DNA of 64,000 nucleotides from Anolis carolinensis. Its lineage: Eukaryota. The position numbers and the translations under genes were made by a program. Of the stretch, positions 60,061 through 64,000 are shown piece after piece (the first letter of the stretch is position 1; every line of letters starts with the position of its first letter). The stretch covers positions 11,521,198 through 11,585,197 of the forward strand of contig NW_026943826.1 in NCBI RefSeq assembly GCF_035594765.1, read 5' to 3'. A model generated the notes under the pieces. It was not told the origin of the DNA. It saw nothing but the letters and a program-made list of their open reading frames with translations, and did not search any database.

Positions 60061-60689
60061 AGAACCACGATGAATAACTCAACGTACTGGAGGGTTTTCA
60101 GGAAACTGAGTGGCCATCGTGGGAGTTGTAGGAGGGGAGTGACTCGACATAGTGGGAGTTGTAGTTCACCTACAACCATAATGCATCCAGATGGGAGAGA
60201 GTGAAAACTCTACGAAACTCTGGGGAGTTTCTGCAACTATTTCTGCAACCATTAATACAAGAGCAAACAAATTGAGTCGTGAGCGGATTCCTAATGAGAG
60301 GAGAGTTAAATATTTTCCAGCCGGGAGCGGAGTCAGGTGAGCGACGGCATGGGAATGCCATTGAAGGAGCGTCAAACTGAATTAACTCGACTGTGTAGAT
60401 GCACCCGACGACTCCGGAGACCGTCTCTTTGTGTTCCCCTGCAACTCCCCTTTCCTTTGCCAAACTGCCTATTTAATACAAAGGCATCGCAATTATTACA
60501 TTCCAGTCATTCAAACAGACGTCTGACTTTTGAAATTGAATCAAAACACCCTTAAGTATATGTTTCCTCCCAGGATTGGCATCCGAAAAGAGTTTGAGTG
60601 CATCCGTAGAACTAAATGCAGTTTGATTCCACTTTAAATGTGATGCAATCCTGGGAGAACGTTGGATTAGGACTCCGGAGATCTGGATT

Positions 60690-60752
<63 letters not shown>

Positions 60753-61222
60753 TACATCACACAGTCCTAGACACTTGGGAAGTGTTCGACTTGTGATTTT
60801 GTGATATGAAATCCAGCATATCTATCTTGTTTGCTGTGTCATAATATAACAACAACAACAACAACAACAATAAATACATCACACAGTCCTAGACACTTGG
60901 GAAGTGTTTGACTTGTGATTTTGTGATAAGAAATCCAGCATATCTATCTTGTTTGCTGTGTCATAATATAATAACAACAACAACAACAACAATAATAATA
61001 AAATACATCACACAGTCCTAGACACTTGGGAAGGGTTCGACTTGTGATTTTGTGATATGAAATCCAGCATATCTATCTTGTTTGCTGTGTCATAATATAA
61101 TAACAACAACAACAACAACAATAATAATAAATACATCACACAGTCCTAGACACTTGGGAAGTGTTTGACTTGTGATTTTGTGATAAGAAATCCAGCATAT
61201 CTATCTTGTTTGCTGTGTCATA

Positions 61223-61283
<61 letters not shown>

Positions 61284-61374
61284 TACATCACACAGTCCTA
61301 GACACTTGGGAAGTGTTTGACTTGTGATTTTGTGATAAGAAATCCAGCATATCTATCTTGTTTGCTGTGTCATA

Positions 61375-61412
<38 letters not shown>

Positions 61413-61505
61413 TACATCACACAGTCCTAGACACTTGGGAAGGGTTCGACTTGTGATTTTGTGATATGAAATCCAGCATATCTATCTTGTTTGCTGTGTC
61501 ATAAT

Positions 61506-61537
<32 letters not shown>

Positions 61538-61632
61538 TACATCACACAGTCCTAGACACTTGGGAAGTGTTCAACTTGTGATTTTGTGATATGAAATTCA
61601 GCATATCTATCTTGTTTGCTGTGTCATAATAA

Positions 61633-61663
<31 letters not shown>

Positions 61664-61690
61664 GTAGTAGTAGTAGTAGTAGTAGTAATG
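60690..61690 (+). repeat. Tandem array (7 copies) of R4/Dong LINE 3' ends with (TAA)/(CAA)n spacers
   Basis: aatacatcacacagtcctagacacttgggaag...tttgctgtgtcataat. Confidence 0.8.
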
Positions 61691-62947
61691 AAAAAGGAAA
61701 CAATTTATTCAGTAATCCGACAACAAGGGGCTCTTTGTTTTTCACAGAAAGTGGCATCCATGATTGATTTGGGACATATAGATCTCCAAGGATCTCAGAA
61801 ACACAACCATTGGGCTCTATCAGATTGCCATTAAAACTATCCGGCAAGGGATATGGTGGATTTATAGGAAGAGAGGTGATGTTCCAGAGTGTAATTTATT
61901 ATTAATAATATTATTATTATTAGCTAATAATAATAATAATGAATGTGAGCAATGAGATCACAATAACACTTTTGAAATTATTATTATCATTAAATAATAA
62001 TAATAATAATAATAATGAATGTGAGCAATGAGATCACAATAACACTTTTGAAATTATTATTATCATTAAATAATAATAATAATAAGGAATGTGAGCAATG
62101 AGATCACAATAACACTTTTGAAATTATTATTATCATTATTAAATAATAATAATTATATTAAGGAATGTGAGCAATGAGTTTGCTGTAACACTTTTGTAAT
62201 TATTATTATTATTATCATTATTAAATAATATGAAATGTGAGCAATGAGATCGAAATAACACTTTTGTAATAGTAATAATAATAATAATAATAATGAAATA
62301 ATAACAATAAGGAATGTGAGCAATGAGATCGCAATAACACTTTTGTAATTAGTATTATTATTATTGTTATTATTTAATAATAATAATAATAATAAGGAAT
62401 GTGAGCAATGACATCGCAATGAGACCACAAAAATACTTTTGTAATTATTATTATCATTATTAAATAATAATAATATGAAATGTGAGCAATGAGATTGAAA
62501 TAACACTTTTGTAATAATAATAATAATAATAATAATTTTTTATTATTATGAATGTGGCATCATCAGCAAAGCCTCTTGAACCATGAAAGCCCTTCATGAC
62601 GTGGAGTGCTTGCAAAAAGGGGGGACTGTGGGACTCCCCGCTGCATGATTTTGGGGTTAGATGCAAAATAAGGTCTATTTTATATTATTAAAAAGGGACA
62701 GCGTGTGGGACTCCCCGCTACATGATTTTGGGGTCAGATGCAAAATAAGATTTATTTTATAATAATATTTAAAAAGGGGTGGCCTGTGGGACTCCCTGCT
62801 GTGTGATTTTGGGGGTCAGGGCCCCGCTTTGCATCACCGGCGGCCGGAAATGCATGGCCAGGGCTCCAAAACACATCTCAGTGATGCACTGAGCATATAA
62901 ACATGGATCCGTGGCCTGATTTCCCTTTCTGTGACGTTCCGACTGGG

Positions 62948-63079
62948 CTAGAGTTCGTCTTTCCCCAACGCGGTGGGGCTCTTCCCGGGGTCTTCGGGGC
63001 CCGGGGTCCGCTCTGGGGGCAGCTCCGTCTCCGCCGTGTGGAACAGCATCCGCACCAAGTCGTCCGCCTGGACCCTCTC
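62948..63079 (-). CDS. P3H1: Terminal coding exon of prolyl 3-hydroxylase 1 (leprecan); rest of gene beyond right edge
   Basis: Acceptor ctgcAG then ERVQADDLVRMLFHTAETELPPERTPGPEDPGKSPTALGKDEL*. RVQADDLV.MLF and the ER-retention KDEL match P3H1; same orientation upstream of CLDN19. AATAAA (-) at 62756-62751. Confidence 0.88.
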   Translation of the reverse strand, partial: ERVQADDLVRMLFHTAETELPPERTPGPEDPGKSPTALGKDEL

Positions 63080-63124
63080 CTGCAGCGGGTTCAAAAGGCG
63101 GAGAGGCATTTCAGGTTATGTATT

Positions 63125-64000
63125 TCCTCCACCACAGACACCCCAGTGTTATAGCAAGTGCTGTGAATATGTCCAAGAGCCCTGCCAACGTCCTCCACAA
63201 ACACTATCCTACCCACCACCCAAGTGAAGGCAAATTTCATTCTAGATTTTCTGTTTTTCTTCCACCACGGACACCCCAGTGTTACAGTGAGAGCCGTGAA
63301 CATGTCCAAGAGCCCTGCCAACATCCTCCACAAATACCACCCTGCTCACCACCCAAACTTTCATACAGGGACAATTTCCTCCTAGATTTTCCATTTTTCC
63401 TCCACCACAGACACCCGAGTGTTATAGCAAGTGCTGTGAATATGTCCAAGAGCCCTGCCAACGTCCTCCACAAACACTATCCTACCCACCACCCAAGTGA
63501 AGGCAAATTTCATTCTAGATTTTCTGTTTTTCTTCCACCGCGGACACCCCAGTGTTACAGTGAGAGCCGTGAACATGTCCAAGAGCCCTGCCAACATCCT
63601 CCACAAATACCACCCTGCCCACCACCCAAACTTTCATACAGGGACAATTTCCTCCTAGATTTTCCATTTTTCCTCCACCACAGACACCCCAGTGTTTCTG
63701 ACTCTCTCCATTGGTGTGGATAATTTCCTCCTAGATTTTCCATTTTTCCTCCATCACTGACACCCCAGTGTTTCCGACTCTCTCCATTTGAGCGGACAAT
63801 TTCCTCTTAGATTTTTTTGTTTTTTCCTCCACCACAGACACCCCAGTGTTTCTGACTCTCTCCATTGGTGTGGACAATTTCCTCCTAGATTTTCCATTTT
63901 TCCTCCACCACAGACACTCCAGTGTTTTTGACTCTCTCCATTGGTGTGGACAATTTCCTCTTAGATTTTTTGTTTTTTCCTCCACCACAGACACCCCAGT
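63125..64000. repeat. Tandem repeats in the last P3H1 intron
   Basis: ttcctccaccacagacaccccagtgtt units. Confidence 0.85.

Overview
Eukaryotic, intron-rich vertebrate DNA, almost certainly a squamate lizard (Anolis-type repeats: Sauria SINE, R4/Dong LINE, Penelope, non-autonomous Helitrons, Tc1/mariner-pogo MITEs), with three assembly gaps. Splicing exons by hand (GT-AG, frame-consistent) gives eight protein-coding genes. Left to right: 5' part of a CCDC27-like gene (-); MRPS16 (+, head-to-head with it); a 13-exon Gfo/Idh/MocA (YteT-like) oxidoreductase (-); SLC45A1 (-); a divergent claudin-16-family gene (+); a second, closer claudin-16-like gene (-); CLDN19 (-); and the last (KDEL) exon of P3H1 (-). 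Most notable: (1) a three-claudin cluster linking CLDN19 to two intact CLDN16-family genes; CLDN16 and CLDN19 form one paracellular Mg2+/Ca2+ channel but are unlinked in human; (2) an intact oxidoreductase with bacterial-type motifs, directly downstream of a sugar transporter; (3) Penelope-borne minimal hammerhead ribozymes; (4) a 25-nt apparent intron and several tandem arrays that copy or supply splice and poly(A) signals. Most long ORFs in the supplied track are artefacts of tandem repeats. Protein identities rest on recalled sequences, not database searches.
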